A stretch of DNA of 63,663 nt, the filler included, from Stramenopiles sp. TOSAG23-3 (Eukaryota), in assembly GCA_900128585.1 (NCBI GenBank). It is 18 parts of 18 records of this genome, joined end to end, with 100 filler letters (N's around TTAATTAATTAA, not from the genome) between each part and the next. Parts side by side here need not be neighbours in the genome. Positions count along the whole stretch, not along the records: positions 17,772 to 21,215 come from LT644219.1; positions 21,316 to 24,758 come from LT644220.1; positions 24,859 to 28,301 come from LT644221.1; positions 28,402 to 31,842 come from LT644222.1; positions 31,943 to 35,382 come from LT644223.1; 13 more parts are not named here. One strand, written 5' to 3'. Made by a program: the position numbers and the translations under genes. Positions 21,137-32,946 of this stretch are shown here, piece after piece. The stretch's first letter is position 1. Every line of letters starts with the position of its first letter. The notes under the pieces were generated by a model. It was not told the origin of the DNA, searched no databases, and worked only from the letters and a program-made list of their open reading frames with translations.

Positions 21137-21215
21137 CTGGGATAGAACATTGTATAAATTAGATGGGAAGCCTTGCCGACGGCTTGTCCAACGAAAAAAT
21201 TCTGGCTGCGGTGGC
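21137..21215. repeat. 79-bp inverted repeat, right contig end
   Basis: Reverse complement of 17772-17850; contains the ORF start MGSLADGLSNEKILAAV. Confidence 0.95.
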
Positions 21216-21315
21216 NNNNNNNNNNNNNNNNNNNNNNNNNNNNNNNNNNNNNNNNNNNNTTAATTAATTAANNNNNNNNNNNNNNNNNNNNNNNNNNNNN
21301 NNNNNNNNNNNNNNN

Positions 21316-22327
21316 GGGGGGGGGGGGCAGTCCCTTGCTCCTGGGCAGAGAGAGCGGCGGCGGCAGCCTGCTTTGCAACTGGGGCAGGTGGCGGGACATT
21401 TTCGACGGCCTCGTCGATCTCTTTCTTCATCGCGGGCTTTAGGGAGGTCAGGTTGAACATGCTCAGCGTTCGCGTGTGCGCGAAGATTGCCCGCATCAGC
21501 TGTACCCCCTCCTTCTTCGTCGAGGCATGGGAGGACTCAAATATAGACTTTAGGCCAGCAATTACGTGGGCCAACGGGATGCTTGGGACGCCAAACTTTT
21601 CCACCGCGTGCTTCAGCGTAACGACGCTCTGGGAAGAAATTTTTATGTTCCTGTTCTTGACGCCTTTCGCCCCCATAAGAGCCTCTACCATCTCGTCCAG
21701 GCCTGCCGGATGCGCCTGGGCGGTCTGAAACAGGACCAGCGCCAGCTCGTCCGCTTCCTTGACCGTGGTCGTTTTCTGCTTGAAGCCCTCCATCGCCGAC
21801 CGCAGTATGGCCATCTTGACGGAGTTTTCGTCGTCCTTAAAGTCTTTGTTGTTCAAGAAGAACGCTTTGCACGCCGCAAAGCCGTCCGCGACGCACGCCT
21901 GAAACTTGTCCTTTGCGCAGCCTTCCAGAAACCCTTGGTACTCACTAAATGCTTCTTTGCTGCCACTGTCGAACAGGCCTTTCAGCTCTTCGTAAGCGGC
22001 TTTCCTATCTTTCCACTTCTTGCTAACCAGCCGCTCGTTCAACGGGCGGCTGTCTTCTTTGTTCTCGCTGGGCTCAGAAGCGAACTCGCTCATGGCCGAG
22101 ATGTCGTTGGACTTGTCGACTGGGGCACCGACCCGTGGGGAATTGACCACCTTGCCACAGTTTTCAGGGTTCGCCAGTCGGCCTGGAACGGCCGACGCGG
22201 TCTCGCCTGCTATACTATCGTCGCTAACACTGACGGACGGTATGTCCAATTTTAAATTCGCGGAATTCGACTCCACATCTGCATTCGTATCCCGCTCTGC
22301 TAAGGGTGTATCGGAAATAGAAGACAT
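21316..22327 (-). CDS. XMAP215/ch-TOG-family microtubule polymerase, TOG1 region, 3'-truncated
   Basis: PLNERLVSKKWKDRKAAYEEL (TOG1 start), HEAT repeats, LTSLKPAMKKEI. Confidence 0.8.
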
Positions 22328-23180
22328 GCCTATGCGTTAGTAACAAAAATGTTGGTTGGAGGGGGCGCCGTGCGTGATCCAAATGTGACGTTTGAAAGAA
22401 AGGTGGTCGGAGAGGGAAGGAAAGAAGAAAAAATAAGTAACAAGCAATGTGACGGACGGGTATGGGGGGGAGAAATCGTTCGTCGTTGCAAACTGAAAGT
22501 AATACCCAAACAAACCATTCCTTTTTTTTTTTTGTTCCTCTCTCTCTCTCTCAACTGTTTCACTCAAAGCTATTTAGTCGTCGTGCGTGATGATAATGAC
22601 CACAATCAATCATCATCATCCCATCAAAAAAAATTTTAAAAATGAAATAACAGGAACATACCATTTGAAAGAATTGGAAAAACCATTCTTCTTTTCCTTT
22701 TCTTTCTTCTTCTTCTTGAGAGAAATGGACATGTTGCGACAGCATATTGAGTATTTCATCAAAATACTCAATTACATATACACAGCATTGATAATCCTGT
22801 AACGTCCCTTGAAAGGTAGGTATTCAATGCTATGTCCATATTATCAAGTGATCATGTTTCTTAACGTTTTCAAAGGATTTGATTTCATTGCTGTGTGATG
22901 TATATTGATGGTATGTTCATGTATTTTTTAATAAAAAAAAGAGCTTTTTTTTTATCAACAAGAAGCAAGTACATCGTCACCATGGAGTCAAATCAAACGG
23001 AGGGTGAGGGGGGTTTTATACGACTACGAATGCTGTTTGTACACTTTGTACAACTGAAATTTCCTTTTTGAACGTTTCAAACTTAATCTCTAGCAAGCAA
23101 CGACGACGACAAGGGAGAGAGTGTAGGAGAAGAAAGGTGCGGATACGGATACGGATGGTTGGTGTTCATCGAGTTTTGGT

Positions 23181-24161
23181 TTACTTACCTTGGTGAGTGT
23201 TGGCGGTGGGAGACGCGTTCCCATCGTCTCCGAGTGTGCAACCCATGGAATCTTCGGACATGGACCTAGTCTTTCGACGCTTCAGCGTTGTTGGTAACGG
23301 CCGCTCGTCGTTTATGTTCCCCAACCGCAGTGGGGAAATGTACGTGTCGTGAAAGGACAGCGGGCTTCCACTTGGGGAAGACGTGTCCGAGAGGCTGTCT
23401 CCCTCCTCCTTGGCGTCCAGTGCTTCTTGAACGAGCCAATTGGTCGGGGAAGGTTTCGGAACCAGCAGCTCGTACTGCTCCGTGTGCATCAGAACCCACG
23501 CAAATACATACCCTACGTTGCCAGAACCTAATCTATTCCTTTCCGCTTCGTCGCTTCTATCGTCTTCTCTATCTTTGTCGTCTATTTCGCCCGAGCCCAT
23601 GGGCCATTTGACCTTGAGCCACCCGTCCTGCATGGCGACCGCTTTGAACTCCGTCGTACCATCCACGATGTCGAGCACGGCACCATCGGACGACGCGACC
23701 GCGCGTACGTTCAGCTTGGCACCCATTTCGACTATTTTTGGGTGAAAGACGTAGACAATGGGCTCTACAAGGATGAACCCGTTGTTGAGCCTCCACGGTA
23801 GCCAGCCGTCCCCGACATCTATCCAGTTCCCAACTCGGCGCCACCCCGGTATAAACGGTGGCGGTGATTCCACGTCAGCCTCTGGCGCTTTCTTGGAGAC
23901 GACACGCACGACGTCCGAACCAAAGGACCGGTGAAGGTACACGTTCAAATTTTTCGCCCGAGCTTTTCGTTTCTTCGCGGACGCGCTTAAGAGCTGCGGG
24001 CTGGCGTTTGCATCGTTTTCGTTCGGCGCTTTGTACACGGAACGTGGGGGGCCAAACAAGGCCGGCCAGTTCGAGCTCATATCTAGCGTGCCAGGGGGCG
24101 GAGTAGACGCGGACATTCTCCTCTGCGCCCGAAGCGGTGGTTGATATGAGCTCAGTTTCAT
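23181..24161 (-). CDS. Hypothetical protein with a bacterial-type SH3 (SH3b)-like segment
   Basis: KLNVRAVASSDGAVLDIV...QDGWLKVKW...AWVL. Confidence 0.6.
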   Translation of the reverse strand: MKLSSYQPPLRAQRRMSASTPPPGTLDMSSNWPALFGPPRSVYKAPNENDANASPQLLSASAKKRKARAKNLNVYLHRSFGSDVVRVVSKKAPEADVESPPPFIPGWRRVGNWIDVGDGWLPWRLNNGFILVEPIVYVFHPKIVEMGAKLNVRAVASSDGAVLDIVDGTTEFKAVAMQDGWLKVKWPMGSGEIDDKDREDDRSDEAERNRLGSGNVGYVFAWVLMHTEQYELLVPKPSPTNWLVQEALDAKEEGDSLSDTSSPSGSPLSFHDTYISPLRLGNINDERPLPTTLKRRKTRSMSEDSMGCTLGDDGNASPTANTHQGK

Positions 24162-25296
24162 TGGTTCGCAACGACGATGTGTGTATAAATGCCGCTGCTC
24201 TTTCCCGTGTGCATGCGTCTTTCTACGATGCCCGGCCGTTGATAGTGTATGTATGTTTATCGATCCTTTTCATTGAAGAACAGATTACTGGAATTCTTTC
24301 GTTAGAAACATTATATTGTTGTCTAGTGAACTTCTTTTCACAAGAGCTTTTGAGTTGCACTTGATGAAACAATAATAAAATCAAAAAAATAATAATGGTT
24401 TTAACATCGACACAGGGAAGACAAAATTATAATTTTGAATTTAGAACAACAGGGGTTTTAAACTATTAAGGTTAATATTATATTATATAGTATTATTATA
24501 TATAAATAATAATATTATTATTTTGCATATTGTATCTTATTCCTTTATTTTGATTGGTCCTACTATTCCTATATTATAAAATGAAAGACACAATCGAATA
24601 GTACTGTCTTTATGTTATAAATATATATACATATACACAGGAAGGCATGTAGAACAAATAAATCCAAGAAGCAAAGAAGAAGACTTCTTTCTTCGCGAAT
24701 TTAAATAATAAATTAGTATTAACATAATCACAGCATATGATATCAACATTTTATTCCANNNNNNNNNNNNNNNNNNNNNNNNNNNNNNNNNNNNNNNNNN
24801 NNTTAATTAATTAANNNNNNNNNNNNNNNNNNNNNNNNNNNNNNNNNNNNNNNNNNNNGAGAAAAGAAACATCATATGAATGATTAATCGGATCGAATCA
24901 TACTTTGTCTTTTTTTTATTATTAATTACTACTCGTAGTAGTTTTTTCTTCTTCTTCTTTTTCTTCTTCTATCCGTCCCCGTATTCGGTACGGGAATCGC
25001 ACCGCACGCACCTGTGAAAGGACGCAGCCCGCGTCCCAGGTGATTAGCGAGGAGGCCGTGCCGCACATCATGAGGGATTTGGAAGAGGAGGAGGCTGCGG
25101 TTGCGGAAGAGGCTGGGGGCACCCACTTACACACGAATGCCTTGCCCTGCCCTGATCTTCGTTCCCAACGACTTCTTCAATTCGATCTGTGCTGTAATTG
25201 TTGGTGTAAGCCCACAAAAAAAGGCACACCGCAGCGATGTTGACAATTTTAGAAGGAAAGTACGACGAGGTACATAAGATCGTACAAGTTTAGAGG

Positions 25297-26076
25297 TTAA
25301 GCCTGGACTCTCTGAACAACATCTTGCAGCAGCTGCTTTCCTACATCCTCCGGCACGTTGTCGGGGATGTTACTATTTTCTCCCTGCGATTCTCCCGCGT
25401 TTTCACGGTCGCTTCCGTACGGTTCGTCGGCCTGCGCCCCATGTAGCTCTTCTACTGTCAACTCAGTATTTCTGCAGTTGTTTAGGGTATAATCGTATTC
25501 GTCGGGGCAATCGGTCCCCAAAACAGTTGCGCCATGTGCGTCCCCGCTGATGCACGCATTTCCGCACCAAGCGCAGTTGATAGGGCTATGTTTGATCACC
25601 CACCTCTTCTTGGAGATCGAAGATTGATCGAACTTGTGCCTCACGCACTCATCGCACCCGGACCCTGGAATTTCATTCCCAAAGTTAGCATATTTTGGCC
25701 GGGCCATAAGCGCACATGGATCTACACAAATGCATTGGCCCGTCCGATCGGAGACTATGCAGCGCCCAGAGGGTTCATCCTCGGGCCAATGCTCCATACA
25801 CGGTTTGGCGCAAACCCCAGAGGCCTCCTTCTGCTGATGGCACGTGCCGTCTTTGTAACTTTCAAACAAACCCCCGTCTAGTGTATATTGCCCACGAAAG
25901 TTTTTCTCTCGGATGGTGTTCGGTGGGGTAAACACACGCCGCTTTCGCCTTGGTAGATTCAAAGGACTGTCAGGGACCACCTTTGTTCTAACGGAAGCCC
26001 CTACCCCAAAATGGATACAAAAAGACGCAGGAACAGCCAAAACCACCAATATTCTAAGGAACGTTATCTTCGCCAT
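25297..26076 (-). CDS. Secreted Cys-rich protein with PSI (plexin-like) domain
   Basis: Signal peptide MAKITFLRILVVLAVPA; CDECV...CAWCGNACISG...C...C. Confidence 0.7.
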   Translation of the reverse strand: MAKITFLRILVVLAVPASFCIHFGVGASVRTKVVPDSPLNLPRRKRRVFTPPNTIREKNFRGQYTLDGGLFESYKDGTCHQQKEASGVCAKPCMEHWPEDEPSGRCIVSDRTGQCICVDPCALMARPKYANFGNEIPGSGCDECVRHKFDQSSISKKRWVIKHSPINCAWCGNACISGDAHGATVLGTDCPDEYDYTLNNCRNTELTVEELHGAQADEPYGSDRENAGESQGENSNIPDNVPEDVGKQLLQDVVQRVQA

Positions 26077-26406
26077 CTTTCTATACAATTACTTACAAAA
26101 GGGTTTCGCAGATTTATAAACAAAGCAAACAAAAGGCACAAAAGAACTCTGTCTGTGAGTCTCTCATTCTCATCTTTTTAAATAAATATGACTTATTCCT
26201 TTCTCTCATCATGATTTATTATTCGCTTTTCTGTTGTATTCCATGCTAATAAAGTACCATAGTAATAGTATTGTAATACCACTTCCCCTCCCTTTTATTT
26301 TATTTGGAAATAAATAAATTTCCTCCTTTCCTTCTTGTTCTTGTTCTTGTTCTTTCTTCTTCTTCTTTCTTCTTCTTCTTCTTCTTCTTCTTTCTTCTTA
26401 ATAGAG

Positions 26407-28268
26407 TCCGATTTGTGGGATGAGGAGAAGTTGAGAGAAGTTTCTAGTGGTATTTGCCAGCTGGCGACGGCAGGCCTATTTCCACCTACAGAGAGAAATA
26501 CATAGAAATAGCATTGTCCCACGAATTATCCCACAGATCTGTGTATTTCAGATTTGTGGGCTGGAGTGGGATGCAAGCGTACATAACATAGTAATATAAA
26601 AAAATAATTACTGTCTTCTTCGCGTAGTAGAGCGCGGGCGGAGGGCTCATGCCGAGCGCGAAGAGGGCATCGTCCTTACTCAACGGGCCCTCGCCCCCGT
26701 CCCCGAGTGCATCGTAGATGCTGGAGATGACTTCGTCGACCTCTTCCATTGTCTTTGGGCACCGGTCGTTGATGCTCTCGGCAAGCTCCGCTTCCAAGGC
26801 TTTGATCCGCCGCTCCTCGTCGCCCGGGGCGGCGTTCTCACTGCCCGCCGCTGCACCCGTCCCTTTCTCCTCCCCAGCGTCCTCATCCTCCTTGACTTCC
26901 GCAAAGTCCTGCTTTTCTTCGACCAGCACGTTGTTCGACCCAGTGCCATGAACGTCTGCGCTTGGCGAGCGCCAAAAAACTGTACAAACTCCGCCTTCGT
27001 GAGCGTCCCCGGCTGGGCCGTGCCAAACCCTGCCAGAGCGTCCGTGTACTGGGCGGGGCGGAGCAAAAGGTCCAGGGAGGGGAACTTGCCAATGGCCCCC
27101 AAAAGCGTTGGGGTCGGGCCCTGGCGAAGGCGGGAGAGCACAGCCTTCTTCTCAAGGGTCCCGGCACCGCCGGCGCCCAACGAATCAAAAATGTCCCCCA
27201 GCTCTTTCTCGATGATGGTAGACGTGCAGAACAAGTGAAATTCTTCAAACGTCACGTGCCCGGTGTTGCCCGTGTCCATCGTTTGGAACGTCGTCCTGTA
27301 GCTCTGGGGTTTGAGCAACTTTTTGAGTGCCGGGAAGCTTTGGATGGCACCGCTCAGCACCGACATCGCCTTCCCCGACTGCACCGACCGCAGTATCTCG
27401 TCCGTCTGCGTCCCTTGATCGACTCCCCCGCGCACCCTCTTGATCTTGTAGTCGTCCTTTTGGCCCGACCTTCGCAGCAAGTACTTTGCCAGCCACACCG
27501 CTAGGCCCGCGCTCGTGTCGGAGGCCTCCGGCCTCGAAATGGAAAGCTGGGTCAACCCCTCAATCTGGACTCGGCCAAGTAGTTCTTGGTCCCCTGCTTC
27601 AGGGGTGAGTTCCGGGGCATGGCCTGCACCGCCCGTCCCCCGCGCCCTGACAGGGGGGCGAGCAGGGCCAACGACATTACCCGCGCCGACAACGGCGTCA
27701 GAAACGGCCGGAGACGTCCTTCTTTTCCCCCTTCGGGGATTTCTTCACAAGCGTACTGGCTTACTTTTATATATTAGAAAGCACTCTTGGGGGTTTTATT
27801 TTATAAATTATTTTTCATTTGTAAAGATCTCTACGTTTGAAATAGTTAACTTTTTTTCTTTCCACTTTTTCATCTTTGCGCTGCATTGACCGTTCTTAGC
27901 GAGGAGGAAGGATGTTTTCTGCGGACAATATTTGTTCTATATGCTGTGTCTATAAATAAGAGTACGAAATGTACTTCTTCTACGGCAACGTTTTTTAGAC
28001 CAATGCTATACCTATTTACATATCTTAGTTGCATAGATACAACACCCGTCCCACAAATCGTCCCAGAAAACTAAGGAAGTAGCGCTTGTACTTACGATCT
28101 GTATAAAACTTACTTTTTTTCCTATGCTCCGAATATCGTATCGGAGACGATTTGTGGGACCTGGTGGGACGGGCGGTTGTACTTATGAAGAAAAACGGTA
28201 TCCTAAGCATGAATAAATATAGGGAGACACTTAGCATAGATTTAGTGTTAACCGTCCCACAGATCGGA
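26407..28268. mobile_element. Putative non-autonomous TIR element with subterminal motif arrays and a captured gene fragment
   Basis: TCCGATTTGTGGGATG at 26407 and CGTCCCACAGATCGGA ending at 28268 are inverted (14/16 match); further motif copies at about 26516, 26530, 26549, 28048, 28146 and 28163; (TTC)n on both flanks. Confidence 0.55.
26612..27677 (-). pseudogene. Frameshifted Dpy-30-motif + EF-hand protein fragment
   Basis: TKNYLAES / IEGLTQLSISRPE...WLAKYLL (Dpy-30-like motif split by an indel near 27565); EF-hand DTGNTGHVTFEEF; second frameshift near 26940; coding-like sequence stops abruptly near 26612. Confidence 0.65.
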
Positions 28269-28604
28269 ATTCCTCTTCTTTCTTCTTCTTCTTCTTCTTC
28301 TNNNNNNNNNNNNNNNNNNNNNNNNNNNNNNNNNNNNNNNNNNNNTTAATTAATTAANNNNNNNNNNNNNNNNNNNNNNNNNNNNNNNNNNNNNNNNNNN
28401 NCCTTACTACCTTGGTATATATATGTACACACTTTTTTCAACGAATAATTCATACGTATGTAAAGTTAGTTAATGAACATTTGAAATGGAAAACAAAAGG
28501 AAAACTACGTGTTGGTTATGCAGTGAGATGAAAAAAAAATTTACACTTTGCTCCTTTTTTGTTCATTTAAACGTTGAAATTCAATCATAACGCTCGTCCA
28601 GATC

Positions 28605-29453
28605 ATGGCCATTACAAAAATACTCAAGCGTGCGTCTCCTTCGACGGTAGAGGCAATGCCGCCGCCGGCGTCTGCAAACACCCCAAACAAACGGCAAAAA
28701 ACTTCGACAGAAAATCATGCTCAGTTGTCGAAACGAACGCCGGAATCGAATAGTGGACGAGATAGAACTGCAGAATTTGTGCATCAAGCGGTGAAACTGC
28801 GAGTGGCTGTCATTTACCGTGCCCTCCGTAATAACGGAAACACGTCTGGCGGGGAGCAGTACAAGAAAGCCTTGGCAAGTGGTCTGCCGGCAATCAACCC
28901 ACAATGGCGACAGCATTTTTCCGTGCAAGGTGGTGAAAAGCGCTTTGACCTTGCGCTCCGGATCCTCGCCGAGGGATATGTTGCCGCCATTCTTGCCTCC
29001 GACTTGAAGAGAGAAGGGCAAGTGTTACTTATTAGAACACTTGACACTTTTTTCGCGAAAAGTGTTGAACTAGCAGGTACCGGCTGCGACACCATGCATG
29101 ATGTGTCGAAACTTGCGTCGGACATTACGAGTTGCCTTATAGTCCTCGGACTTGGGCGCCTCTGTTCTCAGAAAAATGAAGAAGAGCGGGCTGCATTCAA
29201 AAAGCTCCAGGAACTTGTAAAAAAGGTTGGGGAGTGCGAAGAGTTGGCCGAGGAAGACAGACAGAAAATAGACACTGCCAATGCTCTGTTGATCCTTATC
29301 TTCTTGGATGACCGATTAGAACAGAAATTGTCCAACAAGTGCTTGCAAAGCATGAAAGATATGATGTTACAAATCCTCGATTGCAGGGCGTTGAATCAGC
29401 TAAAATCGAAAGAATCCAAAACGATCCTTGTTAAAAGTACTACCGTGTGTTAA
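28605..29453 (+). CDS. Hypothetical helical protein
   Basis: 282-aa ATG-initiated ORF with coding-like composition and an NLS-like PNKRQK. Confidence 0.65.
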   Translation: MAITKILKRASPSTVEAMPPPASANTPNKRQKTSTENHAQLSKRTPESNSGRDRTAEFVHQAVKLRVAVIYRALRNNGNTSGGEQYKKALASGLPAINPQWRQHFSVQGGEKRFDLALRILAEGYVAAILASDLKREGQVLLIRTLDTFFAKSVELAGTGCDTMHDVSKLASDITSCLIVLGLGRLCSQKNEEERAAFKKLQELVKKVGECEELAEEDRQKIDTANALLILIFLDDRLEQKLSNKCLQSMKDMMLQILDCRALNQLKSKESKTILVKSTTVC

Positions 29454-29513
29454 ACGAAGCTAGCATGAAGGAGAGTCCATTTGCTCAGGGTGAGCGGCCA
29501 ATTTTCTTTTTTA

Positions 29514-29592
29514 ATTTTAATTACTTAAATAACAGCCAATTTTCTTGTTTTAATTACTAGATAAAATAACAGCCAATTTTTCTTGTTTTTAA
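29514..29592 (+). repeat. Two tandem copies of the AAATAACAGCCAATTTTCTTGTTT motif
   Basis: Same motif as at 40-76 and 58529-58570; lies between convergent genes. Confidence 0.9.
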
Positions 29593-29638
29593 ATCTTTTA
29601 ATATCATATCAATCTCATCAAAAATACTTGCAAAACAA

Positions 29639-30508
29639 TTACGTGAGCGAACCCCACTGGCGCTCTGATTCCGGTGTGATCTCCTCGTAACATGACGATA
29701 TCTCTTCGCCCTCTTCTACGTCACGCGTGGCGACTAAGACGACTCCAGGTATTGTTAACTCCTCCGCCGTGGAACTGCCGCTGTCGTTCCCATACGTGTT
29801 GGCGTAAGTCGTTGAAAAAAAAGTATACGGCAGGTCACATCGAAACACGGACTCTTCTGGCGCAGTTGCGTCGTCGATCGTATCTGTAACAGTGAATTTC
29901 CCATGCTCCTTTACAATCCAAAATGAGAAGTCTTTCACACGAAAATGTTTTTCCTGGTAATTTGAGTTGTTCTTCCCATACGGCTGATGGTTCACGTAAT
30001 GCCCGGCGTTAAACAGCGCCGTTGAACTAAATCTCCTTGAGTCTTGTTTTTGAAGCAACAATTCCCTAAACGTTTCAACTTCGACCCACGACTCATCAGA
30101 AGGGAAGTACCCAGAAATTTGATCTACCTCGCGGTTTCTCAGGGATCGGTACGCCATCCGAGAAATACCACGCGGACGACCATCGATGGTGAAACCGTCG
30201 CTCCTTCGGAGCAAGTACGAATTCTTGAGCCCAAAAAAGAAAAGTGGGCCTCCCGGATGGAAGACGGTACCAGGGTAGACTGCGAGAATTTCTCCCCGTT
30301 TTGCTCGTCCTTCGCATACAAAAAGTCCTAGCCCAGTGGAATCGATCCCACTGCGCTTAACCTCAAGCTTAAACCCTAGAGGGTTAGTTTTACCTGCATT
30401 ATTTTTTGTGCCGATACCGCATTTATTCTCCCTGAGCAACTGCGTACACGCACTCCACATATAAAAACCCCGAAGTTTGGCATTTTCAGCAGCGAGGGAA
30501 AGCGACAT
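29639..30508 (-). CDS. SETD9: SET domain protein, SETD9-like
   Basis: LGFKLEVKRS...GLGLFV...AVYPGTVF...NSYLLRRSDGFTIDG...GISR...GHYVNH...LVATRDVEEGEEI. Confidence 0.8.
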   Translation of the reverse strand: MSLSLAAENAKLRGFYMWSACTQLLRENKCGIGTKNNAGKTNPLGFKLEVKRSGIDSTGLGLFVCEGRAKRGEILAVYPGTVFHPGGPLFFFGLKNSYLLRRSDGFTIDGRPRGISRMAYRSLRNREVDQISGYFPSDESWVEVETFRELLLQKQDSRRFSSTALFNAGHYVNHQPYGKNNSNYQEKHFRVKDFSFWIVKEHGKFTVTDTIDDATAPEESVFRCDLPYTFFSTTYANTYGNDSGSSTAEELTIPGVVLVATRDVEEGEEISSCYEEITPESERQWGSLT

Positions 30509-30965
30509 TCGCCCTTGATCTGAAAAGGTAAACAGACCCTGTCGCCCCCAACTCGGTACAACTCATCGATTGTAGATTGCTCCAACACTATTCAACTTTT
30601 TCCCTTAATACTATACAGTTTCAACTAAAACCTGCATTTTTTTCAATTCAACTGTTTTGTTCTTTTTTATTATAGATACATTTGATGAATCCGTATATTA
30701 TACCAAACCGCATGTGGTGATGGATTTTGATTATTNNNNNNNNNNNNNNNNNNNNNNNNNNNNNNNNNNNNNNNNNNNNNNNNNNNNNNNNNNNNNNNNN
30801 NNNNNNNNNNNNNNNNNATAAATACAGGAGTACAACAGGGAAAAACAATCGAATTGTGATGCTGTAGTGGGTAAAAATACTCTAGTATCGATACAGGAGG
30901 TGTTATTCCCTCTTTTTTAACACAAAACATTGCACTTCATCCACCGCACTTCTCTGTGAAATTGC

Positions 30966-31842
30966 TTAAACGGCACTTTTCACTCTCATTTTTTTTAACG
31001 CCTTAAGTGCTGCATTCTTTATCGCCGAAGCCTTCTCCGTTATTTTTTCCCGTACGTCCCCTTGGAACATGGCAGTGCTGGCTACGAGCGGGAGGACACT
31101 GTTGACGACAGAACCAAACTGGGTTCCCGTATTAAACGCAGACACCCCAAAAAATATAAATATACTAAGCAGCACCAGAACAAAAATACCCCATAATAAA
31201 ATTGAGTACAACTCTTTTCGTGAAAGCCCCAATGTTTCCAAGGCCATGTTAACCATTACATCTTCAATGTGCCGGAACCCCGTCTCGAATTCCAAGGCCG
31301 TGATACACCCTGCACCGTCCATGTCGAATTTGGCGAACAATATAGCGGCATGTTCCCGGCTTATGTTGAGTCTCATCTGCGTCAACAACTCGTGGAATTC
31401 GTCAAATGTTATGTTTCCATTGCCATCCACGTCTATAAACTGAAACAATCCACGGACAAACTCGTCGTAAGACAGTGTTTTGCTGTTAAACAGGTCTTTC
31501 ACATTCTGCAACCGAATGGTTTTCGCGCCCAATGCCTGCGATGCAAGCTGCTGGGCAACTTGGTCCGCTAACTTCATGTCATTCTTACCATCTAGCAATT
31601 CCATCATGGAAGTTGTGCCCCCGTATACAACTTGCAGTTTAGATATGAGATCGATTATCCCATCCAACTTCTCTTCGTCAAATCCTCCCAGAACAAGGGC
31701 TAGCGGTTTTATCTTTTCTAGATCGGGTTTCATGTCTCCCGTTTCAGGATCTTTTCGCAACAGCGCGCACAGGGCATCTACAAGAAGTCGCGCGTTTTGG
31801 TCAGGAATTAAACGGGACAAATCGTGCAGATCACCCTTAAAT
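30966..31842 (-). CDS. EF-hand membrane protein, C-terminal part (5'-truncated)
   Basis: DVDGNGNITFDEF and DMDGAGCITALEF followed by hydrophobic TM segments. Confidence 0.8.
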
Positions 31843-32870
31843 NNNNNNNNNNNNNNNNNNNNNNNNNNNNNNNNNNNNNNNNNNNNTTAATTAATTAANN
31901 NNNNNNNNNNNNNNNNNNNNNNNNNNNNNNNNNNNNNNNNNNTTTCTTTTTCTTTCTTTCTTTTTCTTTCTTTCTTTTTCTTTCTTTCTTTTTCTTTCTT
32001 TCTTTTTCTTTCTTTCTTTTTATTAAAGTACTGTAGCAGCATTCAAATTAGGGAGGATGGTAATGGATGGGAGGTCTTGTCTTTTTTTAAAGAGAAGAAT
32101 AATGAAGCGATAAAATATAAAATTAAAGAAAAGAAATTAAAAGCTTCACTTCATTCACTTCTTCTTCCTTCTTTTTTTAAAAAGAGAAGCCATAATATAT
32201 TAAGGATATAAATATATTTATAAGGATGAATAAAGCATGTCTCTTCTTGTGTTATTGTGTCAATAGTTAGATTTAATTTACTTTGTCACTTCGTGATAGT
32301 CGTCTATTCATAATAACTAAATAGAATTAAAAAACAACAAAATATACATATTTACATATACACAGCATATGATTATTATAAACAAATATCCTTAAATTAT
32401 GATTTCTTTGTTGGTCTCTCTCTTCTCTCTCCAGCCTAACCTTCCTAAACTATTTTTTCTTATACCTTCCTACCTACAGTACCTTCCAATTCAAATTCAA
32501 ATTTATTTTTTAATTTTGGAATGTACATTACACTATACAGTATGATATAATAATACATACAGATAGCTTCTTTATTTAATTTTAGAATAAAATAATAATT
32601 TATTATTATTTTATTAATTTTAAAATTAGAAAGGTTTTAATGGATTGTGATTAATTCATAGGGTATATATTATTATAACTACAATATTATAGTATACTAC
32701 TAATAACAAAGCAATTCCAATACAAAAAATACCTTCCCAGGCTCCTTCCTTCCTATTGCATTGTATATAATAGATATAGGCTCCTCCTATTACGTATTAT
32801 AGTAGTGTAAATAGGGTATTAGTATTGGCTTCTTCTTTTTAAGATGATTATTAAATTAATGAAAGAAGAT

Positions 32871-32946
32871 GAAGCTTTTTTAAGAAGCTTTTTTAAGAAG
32901 CTTTTTTAAGAAGCTTTTTTAAGAAGCTTTTTTAAGAAGCTTTTTT
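32871..32946 (+). repeat. 13-bp minisatellite (AAGAAGCTTTTTT) x about 6
   Basis: Directly visible tandem array. Confidence 0.92.

Noticed and set aside
24975-25243. GC-rich coding-like island (VISEEAVPHIMRDLEEEE)
   Set aside because: No clear start, splice sites or recognisable domain; cannot be supported as a gene
32871-32946. Short repeat array considered as CRISPR-like
   Set aside because: Head-to-tail 13-mers with no spacers; a minisatellite in a eukaryote
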